A DNA stretch of 64,000 bases from positions 2,624,001 to 2,688,000 of the forward strand of contig OY969706.1 of assembly GCA_963702095.1 (NCBI GenBank), in the 5' to 3' direction. The DNA comes from Candidatus Bathyarchaeota archaeon (GTDB taxonomy: Archaea; Thermoproteota; Bathyarchaeia; Bathyarchaeales; Bathycorpusculaceae). The position numbers and the translations under genes were made by a program. A model generated the notes under the pieces. The model searched no databases and had not been told where the DNA came from. It was given only the letters and a program-made list of their open reading frames with translations. Of the stretch, positions 38,535-47,839 are shown in pieces (positions within the stretch are counted from its first letter, which is position 1; every line of letters starts with the position of its first letter).

Positions 38535-39323
38535 GTGATTGTTATGAAGATAGCTGTTGCTGGTAAAGGAGGCGTCGGCAAAACCCTTATTGCAGGCGGT
38601 TTAGCCCGAGGCTTCGCCGAAAGGAAATTAAAAACCATCGCCATTGACGCGGATTCCTCCCCCAACCTAGGTTTAACTTTAGGCTTGTCTGCAGAGGAAA
38701 CACGCAAAATAGTCCCGATTTCAGACAACCAGCCCCTTGTCGAATCCAAAACTAGCACGGGCTACTCAGGCGTTTATAACCTGAATTTCAGCGTAGACGA
38801 TATCGTCAAAAAATATTCGGTGCCTACACCGTTAGGTGTGAACTTGATTGTTATGGGTACTGTGCATTCGATGGGAGCCGGTTGCATGTGTGCGCCTACA
38901 GCTGTCATTCGCGCATTGCTCCGTTACCTAGTTGTGGAAACAAATGAAGCCATCGTATTGGACCTTGAAGCCGGCGTGGAACACATAGGCAGAGGCACCG
39001 CAAGGCAAGTGGATGCATTGCTTATAGTGGCTGATTCTAACATGAAGTCACTGGAAATCGCCAAACACATTCACGACATGGCATCCGCCGCCGGCATGAA
39101 AAATCTCCATTTAATCGGCAACCGAGTGATGAACGACGCCCAAAAAGAAGCCATCCAAACCTTCGCAGACCAAAACGGCATACACGTGCTTGCTTATGTG
39201 CCCTGGGACCAGAAAGTCATCGAATCCGACATGCTAGGCGTCACCCCGCTCAAAAACAAAGACATCGAAGCAGTGAAAGCCATCGATGCTATCTGTGGGC
39301 TTTTGCTAAACAAAAAAGCCTAA
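38535..39323 (+). CDS. Second CooC/AcsF-family nickel-insertion ATPase
   Basis: MKIAVAGKGGVGKT, IDADSSPNL, GAGCMC, DLEAGVEHIGRGT. Confidence 0.9.
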   Translation: MIVMKIAVAGKGGVGKTLIAGGLARGFAERKLKTIAIDADSSPNLGLTLGLSAEETRKIVPISDNQPLVESKTSTGYSGVYNLNFSVDDIVKKYSVPTPLGVNLIVMGTVHSMGAGCMCAPTAVIRALLRYLVVETNEAIVLDLEAGVEHIGRGTARQVDALLIVADSNMKSLEIAKHIHDMASAAGMKNLHLIGNRVMNDAQKEAIQTFADQNGIHVLAYVPWDQKVIESDMLGVTPLKNKDIEAVKAIDAICGLLLNKKA

Positions 39324-39419
39324 CTTTATTTTACCCTTAACTGAGGGGGGTTTCTGTGCCTGTGGAGCTGGCAGGCTCCAAAATTTAAGGCAAAAAAGAT
39401 TACATTCTATTGATGATTT

Positions 39420-40742
39420 ATGAGTAATATTAAAAAGTACGAGCATAAACGCTCGTCGGTACATTTTGATGTAGCTGAGTTTGGCACAGTAGGCAACGGC
39501 GTTGCAGACGACACCAAAGCCATCAATGAAGCCATATTGGCGGCGGAAGCTTCAGGAGGCGGCATAGTCATTTTCCCCAAAGGCACATTCAAATGCATGG
39601 CGGTACGCCCAAAAAGCGCGGTTACCTTGCAGGGGCAAGGCTGGGGAGAATCCATCCTAAAAGGCTTCGACGATAAAAGCGACAATGGACTCATAGATGG
39701 CACAGGCTACTTTTCAGAGGCTTCCCCCCTCACCGAATTCAACATGTACGACTTAGAGTTGGACGGCAGAGACATGAACCGAAACGGCTACCATTATAAC
39801 CGAAAAGGAATCGGCAACCAATGGATAAGAAACTCTATTTTCCACAACATCTTTGTCCATGACACACCAGCAACCGGCATAGGCACAGACTTCACAATCA
39901 ACGTTTACTTCTCTAGTTGCTTAGTAAAGGACTGTGGAACACAGGGCAGAGTTGGCAACGGCATAGGCAGTAACGGTTTCGGTATCGGCGTCGGAGACGT
40001 GACGGAAGTTGTGGTTTTCTCGGGGTGCCAAGCCATAGGCATAGCTAACAACGGTTTCACTTTGGAAGCGCAGGTAACACAGGGTGTAGGTTACGCTTCG
40101 ATTACTGACTGCTACACTGAACGCTGCCAAAATTCTGGGTATTCAAACTCGGGGTCGCGGGGAGTAACAATCGATGGCTGCGCCGACAACGGCAGCAAAT
40201 TCGGCGTGTACGTCAGCACCAACGCGTCTAAACCCGGAGACCAAACCATAGTCAGCGACTGCAACTTCGTAAAACAGCAAAGCCACGGCGTATACTCCGA
40301 TGACCCAGCCAACAATCACCTGCAAATCAAAGGCTGCCTCTTCGAAGGCTGCGGCGGCTCAGCAATCAAAAGCTTCGGCAGCTACTGCAGCTTCACCAAC
40401 AACACATTCAGAGGCTGCAAAGAAACCACAATCCTATGCCAACCAGGCACAAACGCAGTTGGTAAAGCCTATCTGATTGCGGATAACCTTATCTTAAACG
40501 GCGGCGCAGCAGGCGTCGAAGTTGACTCCACTAATCATGAGATTGTTGGGTTGATAATTAAGGGCAATATAATTTTGGACTGTAAAGGCATAGGAATAAG
40601 GGCAATATGTAGAGGCGACACTGAAAGCGGCAACTATACGGCTTCAATTATAGAGGGCAATGTATGTAACGGTAATTCTGTCCCCCAAGTGGATGTGCCC
40701 AATGCATGCCGCGGCTTAGTTTCGAGAAATAACGTTGAATAG
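39420..40742 (+). CDS. Right-handed parallel beta-helix protein (pectate lyase 3-like N-terminus)
   Basis: FDVAEFGTVGNGVADDTKAINEAI...GGGIVIFPKGTF; repeated beta-helix turns. Confidence 0.85.
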   Translation: MSNIKKYEHKRSSVHFDVAEFGTVGNGVADDTKAINEAILAAEASGGGIVIFPKGTFKCMAVRPKSAVTLQGQGWGESILKGFDDKSDNGLIDGTGYFSEASPLTEFNMYDLELDGRDMNRNGYHYNRKGIGNQWIRNSIFHNIFVHDTPATGIGTDFTINVYFSSCLVKDCGTQGRVGNGIGSNGFGIGVGDVTEVVVFSGCQAIGIANNGFTLEAQVTQGVGYASITDCYTERCQNSGYSNSGSRGVTIDGCADNGSKFGVYVSTNASKPGDQTIVSDCNFVKQQSHGVYSDDPANNHLQIKGCLFEGCGGSAIKSFGSYCSFTNNTFRGCKETTILCQPGTNAVGKAYLIADNLILNGGAAGVEVDSTNHEIVGLIIKGNIILDCKGIGIRAICRGDTESGNYTASIIEGNVCNGNSVPQVDVPNACRGLVSRNNVE

Positions 40743-40776
40743 AACAGTTGCGAAAGGTGTTCTGCGCTGTTATACT

Positions 40777-41163
40777 TTATAGGAGAGTGACTTTTACTTC
40801 TGAAACCTGCCTGTTTGCCCGAAGCGTGTTGATGAATGTTTTCATGGTTTGTGCGTCGGCTTTGGCTACTATGACTTCTATGCAGTAGCCTTCTTCGATA
40901 TGGGTGTGGAGAAAGGTTAGGACTATGTTGTTGACGTGGTGTTGGCTGTCGCTTATTTGTCCTGTGCGGGCGCCTTTATGGTAAATTATCGTTATAGTAG
41001 CGGTTACTGTTCCTCTGAGTTCGTCTAGGCGTTTGGCTTCGGATAGGTATGCTCTTAGGGCTTGGCGTACTACTTCGGAGCGGTTGGCGTAGCCTTGTTC
41101 TTTTATGTAGTTGTCGATTTTTTCTAGGAGGGGTTTTGGGATGGAGAGGCTGATTATGCTCAT
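40777..41163 (-). CDS. NikR-family ribbon-helix-helix metal-responsive regulator
   Basis: ISLSIP...GYANRSEVVRQALR; QH...LHTH...CIEV ligand pattern. Confidence 0.9.
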   Translation of the reverse strand: MSIISLSIPKPLLEKIDNYIKEQGYANRSEVVRQALRAYLSEAKRLDELRGTVTATITIIYHKGARTGQISDSQHHVNNIVLTFLHTHIEEGYCIEVIVAKADAQTMKTFINTLRANRQVSEVKVTLL

Positions 41164-41204
41164 GGCTGGTCTTATTAATTTTAAGTCTTATTCTATATAA
41201 GTTT

Positions 41205-41233
41205 TTATTAACAAAATAACAAGTTTTTAATAA
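41205..41233. promoter_or_regulatory. Candidate NikR-type operator TTATTAA-N15-TTAATAA in the divergent promoter
   Basis: Inverted repeat with long spacer between the regulator and the ABC operon; AT-rich context lowers specificity. Confidence 0.45.
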
Positions 41234-41261
41234 GTGCAGTTCGCCATAAACTTGAAAGAAC

Positions 41262-42206
41262 ATGAAAAACGTCGCCATATTAGTTGGAGCCCTAATCATA
41301 ATCATCGCCGTAGCAGCAGTTGCAGTACTATACTACTCAAACTACTCAAACCAACCTGCATCCGGCAATAATTCAAAACTAAACGTAATCGCCACCTTCT
41401 ATCCCCTCTACGACTTCACCCAAAACATAGGCGGCGACAAAGTCACTGTTTCCATCCTCGTACCAGAAACAGTTGACGTCCATGACTTCGAGCCAACACC
41501 CTCCTCCATAACCGCCATATCAAACGCTGACGTTTTAATTTACAACGGCGTCGATTTGGAACCTTGGATTCAAGATATAGTCACCGCCTCTGGAAACACA
41601 AACCTGATCCAAGTGGACACAAGCAAAGGAATCAACCTTCTGCCTGTGGCACAGCAATTCCAAAGCGGAAACCAGATACTTGACCCGCACATCTGGCTTG
41701 ACCCATTGAATGCAAAACAGCAAGTCAACAACATTCTACAGGGATTAATCCAAGCTGACCCAGATGACACCGAATACTTCACACAGAACGCCCAAGCCTA
41801 CCAAGCGAAACTAGACCAACTCAACACGGAGGCAATCAACGCAACAACAAACACTGCAACCACCTACTTTGTCACCTTTCATGAAGCATTCGCTTACTTC
41901 GCTAACCAATACAACATAACCCAACTCCCGATCTTAGGACCATTCGAAGAGGAACCCTCTCCAAGCGACATCCAAAACGTCATCACCACCATCAACCAAT
42001 ACCACCTCCACTATGTCGGCTATGAATCCCTTGAAAACCCCGCAATATCCCAGTCAATAGGCACCCAGACAAATGCTTCTTTACTTGAAATGAACCCCAT
42101 AGAAGGCTTAACAGCGGAACAAAAAGCCACTGGAGACAACTACATCACCTTAATGCAGAACAACATAAATAACGTTCATTTGGCGCTGAGCAACGTTGAA
42201 ACTTGA
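41262..42206 (+). CDS. znuA: Zn/Mn ABC transporter substrate-binding protein (cluster A-I)
   Basis: DVHDFEP, DPHIWLDP, HEAFAYF. Confidence 0.9.
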   Translation: MKNVAILVGALIIIIAVAAVAVLYYSNYSNQPASGNNSKLNVIATFYPLYDFTQNIGGDKVTVSILVPETVDVHDFEPTPSSITAISNADVLIYNGVDLEPWIQDIVTASGNTNLIQVDTSKGINLLPVAQQFQSGNQILDPHIWLDPLNAKQQVNNILQGLIQADPDDTEYFTQNAQAYQAKLDQLNTEAINATTNTATTYFVTFHEAFAYFANQYNITQLPILGPFEEEPSPSDIQNVITTINQYHLHYVGYESLENPAISQSIGTQTNASLLEMNPIEGLTAEQKATGDNYITLMQNNINNVHLALSNVET

Positions 42207-42954
42207 CCCTATCCTTGAAATTCGCGGCTTATGCGTCAAATACTCCAACGGCGTTACAGCCCTTGAGGATATCAACTTAGACATCAACGGAAAAGACCTA
42301 ATTGCACTCATAGGACCAAACGGCGCTGGAAAATCAACGCTACTAAAGGTTATTTTGGGCTTGATTAAGCCGACAAGCGGTTCGGTAAAACTTTTTGGAG
42401 ACGCTGATTTGACAAAAAACCTAAAAGCTGTCGGTTATGTTCCCCAGAGTGCCCAAGCCCGAGACCCCAATTTACCCTTCACTGTGTATGAAACCGTAAT
42501 GCTGGGCAGAACTCCAGTCACCGGGGTATTCCACGGTATAGGCTCTAAGGATAGACAAAAAGTGGAGGAAACACTCAAGGTTTTTGGACTCTACGAGTTA
42601 AAAAATCGGAAAATCGGTCAACTCTCAGGCGGGCAGTCGCAACGTGTTTTTCTGGCAAAAGCTATGGTGGCGGAGCCAAAACTGCTCTTGCTTGATGAAC
42701 CCACAAGCGGAGTAGACACCAACTCTAAACGCGAATTCTACAGTATACTACAACGCTTAAACATGGAGCGCTCCATCAGTGTCATTTTATCCTCCCATGA
42801 TGTTGGCGTCGTAACAAAAATCGCTACCCGCGTGCTCTGTATTAATCGGTCGCAGTTTTTCTGTGGCTTAAACCAGGATTTCGCTCTCGACGAAGAAATC
42901 CAGAAAGTCTATAATCACTCCGTGGAGTTGATGGAACATACTGATCACCCTTGA
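42196..42954 (+). CDS. znuC: Zn/Mn ABC transporter ATPase
   Basis: GPNGAGKS, GYVPQ, LSGGQ, LLLDEPT, SSHD. Confidence 0.92.
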   Translation: MKLDPILEIRGLCVKYSNGVTALEDINLDINGKDLIALIGPNGAGKSTLLKVILGLIKPTSGSVKLFGDADLTKNLKAVGYVPQSAQARDPNLPFTVYETVMLGRTPVTGVFHGIGSKDRQKVEETLKVFGLYELKNRKIGQLSGGQSQRVFLAKAMVAEPKLLLLDEPTSGVDTNSKREFYSILQRLNMERSISVILSSHDVGVVTKIATRVLCINRSQFFCGLNQDFALDEEIQKVYNHSVELMEHTDHP

Positions 42955-42964
42955 CGTTCTTTCC

Positions 42965-43774
42965 TTGCTGCAAGCGCCCTTCCTACAACGCGCCCTTATC
43001 ATCAGCATTATAATTGCCCTTCTAAGCTCTATCCTAAGCATCTTTATTGTTCTAAAAAAAGTCTCGCTGATAGGCGATGGATTGTCACATACCGCTTTTG
43101 GAGGCTTAGCCTTAGGCTATGCACTGAGCATTTTTCCCATATGGATCGCCGGAATCACGGTCGTGTTAGGCTCCATAGGTATCAACAAAGCGATGCGTTC
43201 AACCAAGATTTCCAGCGACGCTGCAGTAGCTGTTTTCCTACAGCTGGGTCTCGCCGGAGGAATAACCCTCCTGAGCATTGCAGGTGGCTACGGCGTTAAC
43301 CTTGAAAGCCTGCTTTTCGGCAGCATCCTCATAGTCAACATGGAGCAAATAATCACTGCGGCAGCCGTAGCGGCGGTGGCTCTGACTATAATTTTTGTGT
43401 TCTTCAAAGAAATGGTCTATGTGACTTTCGACGAAACGCAGGCACGTGCTGCAGGCATAAAAACATGGTTTTTCGACTATATGCTAAGCATCCTGTGTGG
43501 AGTCGTGGTGATCGTCTCAATCCCCATAGTTGGAGTGCTGCTCATTTCAGCGTTGCTTGTTTTGCCAGCGTTAATCAGCACGCAAATCACGAAATCTTTC
43601 CGGCAAACAGTCCTTCTCGCTCCAATAGTCGGCGTAATCACTGTGGCACTTGGGATTTTGGCTTCGGTTGTTTTAGACGCTGCTCCTGGAGGTACGATTG
43701 TTTTGGTTGGTTTAGCGATTCTGGGCGTTACTTTTGTAGGCAAGAAACTCTTTAGCCTTCAAAAGAAAAGCTAA
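42965..43774 (+). CDS. znuB: Zn/Mn ABC transporter permease (ABC-3)
   Basis: SLIGDGLSHTAFGG, LLFGSI, TFDE, VGVLLISALLVLPA. Confidence 0.92.
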   Translation: MLQAPFLQRALIISIIIALLSSILSIFIVLKKVSLIGDGLSHTAFGGLALGYALSIFPIWIAGITVVLGSIGINKAMRSTKISSDAAVAVFLQLGLAGGITLLSIAGGYGVNLESLLFGSILIVNMEQIITAAAVAAVALTIIFVFFKEMVYVTFDETQARAAGIKTWFFDYMLSILCGVVVIVSIPIVGVLLISALLVLPALISTQITKSFRQTVLLAPIVGVITVALGILASVVLDAAPGGTIVLVGLAILGVTFVGKKLFSLQKKS

Positions 43775-43888
43775 GTCTCTTCCACTTTATACAGAGGCTG
43801 GCACCGATGATGAGCCCTTAGAGTAATCTTATCCGATAATCCCCTAAGAGTCGATTAGCTGTTTTATTACTTAATAACAATATTTTTA

Positions 43889-44596
43889 ATGGACAAAACC
43901 TTTAACATCACAGTTTTTCGAAATGATTTGGTGACTATTTTGACTGAAAATATTGAAAAAACCGAGGTTCCAGTACTTGGACATAAAGCCCCAGAGTTTG
44001 AAGCCCAAACAACCCAAGGAACACTACGTCTCTCAGACTACAAAGGCACCTGGCTAATCCTCTTCTCGCACCCCGCCGACTTCACCCCCGTCTGCACCAC
44101 AGAGTTCATCGCGTTTAGCGAAATCTACGAAGAACTCAAGAAACGAAATGTCGAACTCTTGGGCTTAAGCGTCGATAGCGTCTCCTCACACATTGCGTGG
44201 GCACGAAATATTGAAGAAAAAATGGGCGTCAAAATCCCCTTCCCCATCATCGCCGACCTCAACAAAGAAGTTTCCAAAAAGTTTGGCATGATACAACCCG
44301 GGGAAAGCAAGACCGAAACCGTCCGTTGTGTTTTTATCATTGACCCTGAAAGCAAAATCCGCACCATGCTCTATTATCCCCTCAGCACAGGCAGGAACAT
44401 GAGCGAAATCATACGCATAATTGACGCCCTGCAGACCAGTGACAAATATCACGTTGCAACACCTGCCAACTGGAAACCAGGCGACGCCGTAGTTGTACCA
44501 GCGCCAACCACCATCGAAGCGGTTGAGGAACGCCTAAAAGAAGGCTATGAATGCAAAGACTGGTACCTCTGCAAAAAGAAGCTGCCTCCGAGCTGA
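43889..44596 (+). CDS. Peroxiredoxin (archaeal Prx6-type)
   Basis: HPADFTPVCTTE, YYPLSTGRN, TPANW, C-terminal CKDWYLC; start may be slightly downstream. Confidence 0.95.
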   Translation: MDKTFNITVFRNDLVTILTENIEKTEVPVLGHKAPEFEAQTTQGTLRLSDYKGTWLILFSHPADFTPVCTTEFIAFSEIYEELKKRNVELLGLSVDSVSSHIAWARNIEEKMGVKIPFPIIADLNKEVSKKFGMIQPGESKTETVRCVFIIDPESKIRTMLYYPLSTGRNMSEIIRIIDALQTSDKYHVATPANWKPGDAVVVPAPTTIEAVEERLKEGYECKDWYLCKKKLPPS

Positions 44597-44601
44597 TTGT
44601 G

Positions 44602-44823
44602 ATGCCCTGTATCTCGCCAGACGGAAAACCCACTGCCAGCGGATTAAACACACTCAAAGCCATAAAAGACGGCGCATCAACCCCTGAAGAGGTCGCAGCC
44701 AAAACCGGTCAACCCCTCTTCAAGGTGCGTTCAGGACTGCGTGAACTGACAACCGCTGGGTTCGCAACTGAAGCAGACGGCAAATTCATGCTTTCCAAAA
44801 ACGGAGCAGACGCTGTCCAGTAA
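44602..44823 (+). CDS. Small winged-helix protein with N-terminal Cys (MPCISPDG)
   Basis: TPEEVAAKTGQPLFKVRSGLREL...G HTH pattern; 5 bp after the Prx stop. Confidence 0.75.
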   Translation: MPCISPDGKPTASGLNTLKAIKDGASTPEEVAAKTGQPLFKVRSGLRELTTAGFATEADGKFMLSKNGADAVQ

Positions 44824-44852
44824 CCCTTCATTTATTTTTTTATTTTTGTCTT

Positions 44853-45788
44853 TTAGAGTGTGTAGCGGTTTCCCACAGCGTTAGCCACATAAGCTTCTGG
44901 AAATTCCCTGTTCATTGCGCAGAGTGCCCGCCAACCCGTGCAATGTGACGCCGCAACCAACTTAGGATTAACCTTTTTTAATTCTGCGATTGTGGGTTCG
45001 ATTCTTTTTTCAAATTCTCTGCCCGCCAAGTGGAACCCGCCCAACACCGCGTAAACCCTGTTTTCTCCAGTTATTTTTTGGGCATAACGTAGGGTGTTTA
45101 TTATACCTGTGTGGGCGCAGCCGGAAATAACCACTAATCCCTTGCCCTCCACGTTAAAGACCAGTGCTCGCTCGTCTAAAAAGGTGGGGTCAGGCTGCCA
45201 AGTGTTATCTCGCAAAATCCGATTATGGATTAACCCTGTTTCGAACTCTACGGTTCTTGGAATTTCCCCTGTTACAAATGCTAAATCGTCTGCAATTAGG
45301 TTTGGCTGTTTTGTGTTTACTATTTTGGCTGGTTTTAGCTGGGATGTTTCTGGGAAGGCTGAGTACTCACGGATTTCTCCTTTAGCACTTTGTGTTCCAT
45401 GCCGCCTAAACATGTCCTCATGAGTAATAATCACTAAATCTTCGCGGTTGATGGATTTGACTACCTCAACTAACCCGCCGAAGTGGTCATAGTGCCCATG
45501 TGAAAGCACCACAAACTGCACTTCCCCCAAGTCGACGCCCATGCGTTTAGCGTTTGAAACTACCCCGTCGGGACTGACGCCTGCATCAAAAAGAACTGTA
45601 CAAACGCTGTCGACGCCGTAGACCTTGATGAGCATGGAGAACCCGTGTTCGGCAAACGGCATTTCCCCCTGTCGACTGTTCCAATACCAAAGCGGCTGCA
45701 CCTCTTTGCGGGTTTGGCTTGAGAGGAAATCTATTGTGTTATCCATCAAAGATACTATTTCGAGTTTGGATGCTTGTCTCAAAGCCAT
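44853..45788 (-). CDS. MBL-fold metallo-hydrolase (COG1237-like)
   Basis: AEHGFS, LFDAG, SHGHYDHFGG, GCAH, GGFHL, HCTG; GGAGGA before the ATG at 45788. Confidence 0.9.
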   Translation of the reverse strand: MALRQASKLEIVSLMDNTIDFLSSQTRKEVQPLWYWNSRQGEMPFAEHGFSMLIKVYGVDSVCTVLFDAGVSPDGVVSNAKRMGVDLGEVQFVVLSHGHYDHFGGLVEVVKSINREDLVIITHEDMFRRHGTQSAKGEIREYSAFPETSQLKPAKIVNTKQPNLIADDLAFVTGEIPRTVEFETGLIHNRILRDNTWQPDPTFLDERALVFNVEGKGLVVISGCAHTGIINTLRYAQKITGENRVYAVLGGFHLAGREFEKRIEPTIAELKKVNPKLVAASHCTGWRALCAMNREFPEAYVANAVGNRYTL

Positions 45789-45799
45789 ATGTAATCCTC

Positions 45800-46378
45800 C
45801 TAAAGTATTCCCTTGTAATGGATGTTCGTGGGGCACCCGACGCATTTTTTGGTTTCATACCGGTTGCAGGGGTTGCAGTCGACGTTGCATGGTGTTATCT
45901 TGTTTGTTTTCTTTTCTTTCTGAGCTAGGCTTTCTCTTATCTGTAGAAAAGGGGAAAAATGGGTTTCGCTTATGGGATAGAACTCTGAGCGCCTTATGCC
46001 TTTGCTGCATCTAAGTGAACATTTTTCCATGGATATGCTTTCAAGTGTCTCTTGGGTCTCCGCCACAACCAACGCGATGAGGTTGTAGCCTCCTACGGTT
46101 TTGAAGATCTGGATGACGCGGGGGCAGTCTTTGAATCGTTCTAGGAGTTGCTGCATTGCCTCAGCGCTTTCTACTTCTAACATTACTAGGGCTGGGTGAA
46201 GTTTTAGGACGTTTGGGTTGACTAATGCTGAGATTTTTATTGTGTCGCTTTTTATGAGTTTTTCAAGTCTTTTTTTGGTGCCCATGCTTGTTAAGCCGAT
46301 GTGTTTGGCTATGTCTTGGAGGGTTGCTCGGCCGTCTTCTTGGAGGAGGGTGATGATTTTTTTGTCTTTTTCGTCCAT
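45800..46378 (-). CDS. Lrp/AsnC family regulator with Cys-rich C-terminal extension
   Basis: MDEKDKKIITLLQEDGR...; tail PCNVDCNPCNRYETKKCVGCP. Confidence 0.9.
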   Translation of the reverse strand: MDEKDKKIITLLQEDGRATLQDIAKHIGLTSMGTKKRLEKLIKSDTIKISALVNPNVLKLHPALVMLEVESAEAMQQLLERFKDCPRVIQIFKTVGGYNLIALVVAETQETLESISMEKCSLRCSKGIRRSEFYPISETHFSPFLQIRESLAQKEKKTNKITPCNVDCNPCNRYETKKCVGCPTNIHYKGIL

Positions 46379-46561
46379 GTTTTGTCGCCAGAATTGTTTA
46401 GTTTCTAAACCAAAACTATTAATATAATTTATCTATTAAACCTTTCATAATAATTCGGTTCAGAAAATGGCACTGAAACAGCGAACAAAAAGTCATAACC
46501 CAACCCATCGCTGAACACAGTAGCCAAACAATTTTCTGACAAAACCAAGGAGAGTAAAAAA

Positions 46562-46945
46562 TTGAAAGTATGCCTAAGCTCAACCGCCGACAATTTAGAC
46601 GGTCAACTGGACCCTAGATTCGGCAGATGCGCCTACCTGCTAATTGTGGACACAGACACACTGCAGTTTGAAGCCATCTCAAACACAGCCTCAGCCGCAA
46701 CAGGCGGCGCAGGAATACAAGCAGCCCAAACAATCATAAACAAAAACGTAAAAGCCGTTATAACAGGCAACATTGGACCCAACGCATTCAAAGCCCTGTC
46801 AGCAGCAGGCGTCGAAGTTTTGATTGTGGCCCCAGAAAGAATACGGGATGTTCTCGATAAGTTCCAAAGTGGCAAACTAAAGAAAACCGCCGCTCCAACC
46901 GTCGAAGGTCACGCGAGCACTCAGGGGCAGGAGCGGAAAACATGA
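46562..46945 (+). CDS. NifB/NifX family protein
   Basis: DPRFGRCAY, GGAGIQAAQ, GNIGPNA. Confidence 0.92.
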   Translation: MKVCLSSTADNLDGQLDPRFGRCAYLLIVDTDTLQFEAISNTASAATGGAGIQAAQTIINKNVKAVITGNIGPNAFKALSAAGVEVLIVAPERIRDVLDKFQSGKLKKTAAPTVEGHASTQGQERKT

Positions 46946-46981
46946 CCTCAATTTTTAAGTTAACAACAACTCCAAGGAAAA

Positions 46982-47380
46982 GTGGAGGTGAAGATATTGA
47001 CAGATAAAATCATAGTTCCAACAGACACTCAAGACGGCTTAAACGCGCATTTAGCACAGCACTTCGGAAGAGCACCCTACTTCACCGTTGTTGAACTCGG
47101 CGATAAATGGGAAATAGCAAACGTTACCGCAGTTGCAAACGTCAGCGAACACATGGGCGGAATGGGTGTTCCACCAGACCACCTGATTAAACTTCATCCA
47201 AAAGCCATCGTTGTCTATGGCATGGGCCCCAGAGGAATCATGGCGTTCCAAAATGCAGGCATTGAAGTTCTAAAAGCTAATGCAGACACCGTCAAAGAAG
47301 TCGTTGAAGCATACAAACAGGGCAGACTAGAAGGACTCTCAGAAGGCTGCCCCGACGCACAACACCACCACGACCACTAA
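46982..47380 (+). CDS. NifB/NifX family protein with Cys/His tail
   Basis: HFGRAPYF, GMGPRG, C-terminal CPDAQHHHDH. Confidence 0.92.
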   Translation: MEVKILTDKIIVPTDTQDGLNAHLAQHFGRAPYFTVVELGDKWEIANVTAVANVSEHMGGMGVPPDHLIKLHPKAIVVYGMGPRGIMAFQNAGIEVLKANADTVKEVVEAYKQGRLEGLSEGCPDAQHHHDH

Positions 47381-47402
47381 AGGTTCTTGTGAGGGAAAAA
47401 AA

Positions 47403-47816
47403 TTGACTAAAAAAACCGAGGAAACTAAGCAACTCATCGAATTAGGCTACTCTGACAGAGCGATTGAACTCTACCTAAACGACGTAAACTTCGGCGTGAT
47501 GGAAAAATCAGATGCAGGCGCCGTTATTCAAGGCGCTTCTGGAGACTTAATACGGCTCTACATAAAACTTCGCGGTGAAACCATTGAAGATGCTAAATTT
47601 CTCTGCTTTGGCTGCCCCGGTTCATTGGCTGCTATGTCTGCTTTGACACTGGTAATTAAGGGACAATCCCTTAGCGATGTGAAGAGGATTACTGTAGACG
47701 ACGTTTTGAGGGAGCTTGGAGGTTTACCGGAAACAAAACAAGAATGCGCCGAAATAGCCGTTAAAACCCTCAAAAAAGCTATTACCACGTATGAAAAATC
47801 AAAAACGTCATTTTGA
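47403..47816 (+). CDS. IscU/NifU-like scaffold protein (first Cys replaced)
   Basis: GASGDLIRLYIK, FGCPGS, LGGLPETKQECA. Confidence 0.85.
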   Translation: MTKKTEETKQLIELGYSDRAIELYLNDVNFGVMEKSDAGAVIQGASGDLIRLYIKLRGETIEDAKFLCFGCPGSLAAMSALTLVIKGQSLSDVKRITVDDVLRELGGLPETKQECAEIAVKTLKKAITTYEKSKTSF

Positions 47817-47839
47817 CCCCTCTTTTTATTCATTAACAG

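Noticed and set aside
41234-41262. GTTCGCCATAAAC resembling part of a fluoride riboswitch
   Set aside because: The upstream GGCGATG pairing strand and downstream elements are missing, and the gene context does not fit.
43795-43860. ATGATGA box-C-like sequence and an imperfect palindrome upstream of Prx
   Set aside because: No properly placed CTGA D box; the palindrome (CTTAG...TTATC-C-GATAA...CTAAG) is too weak to call.
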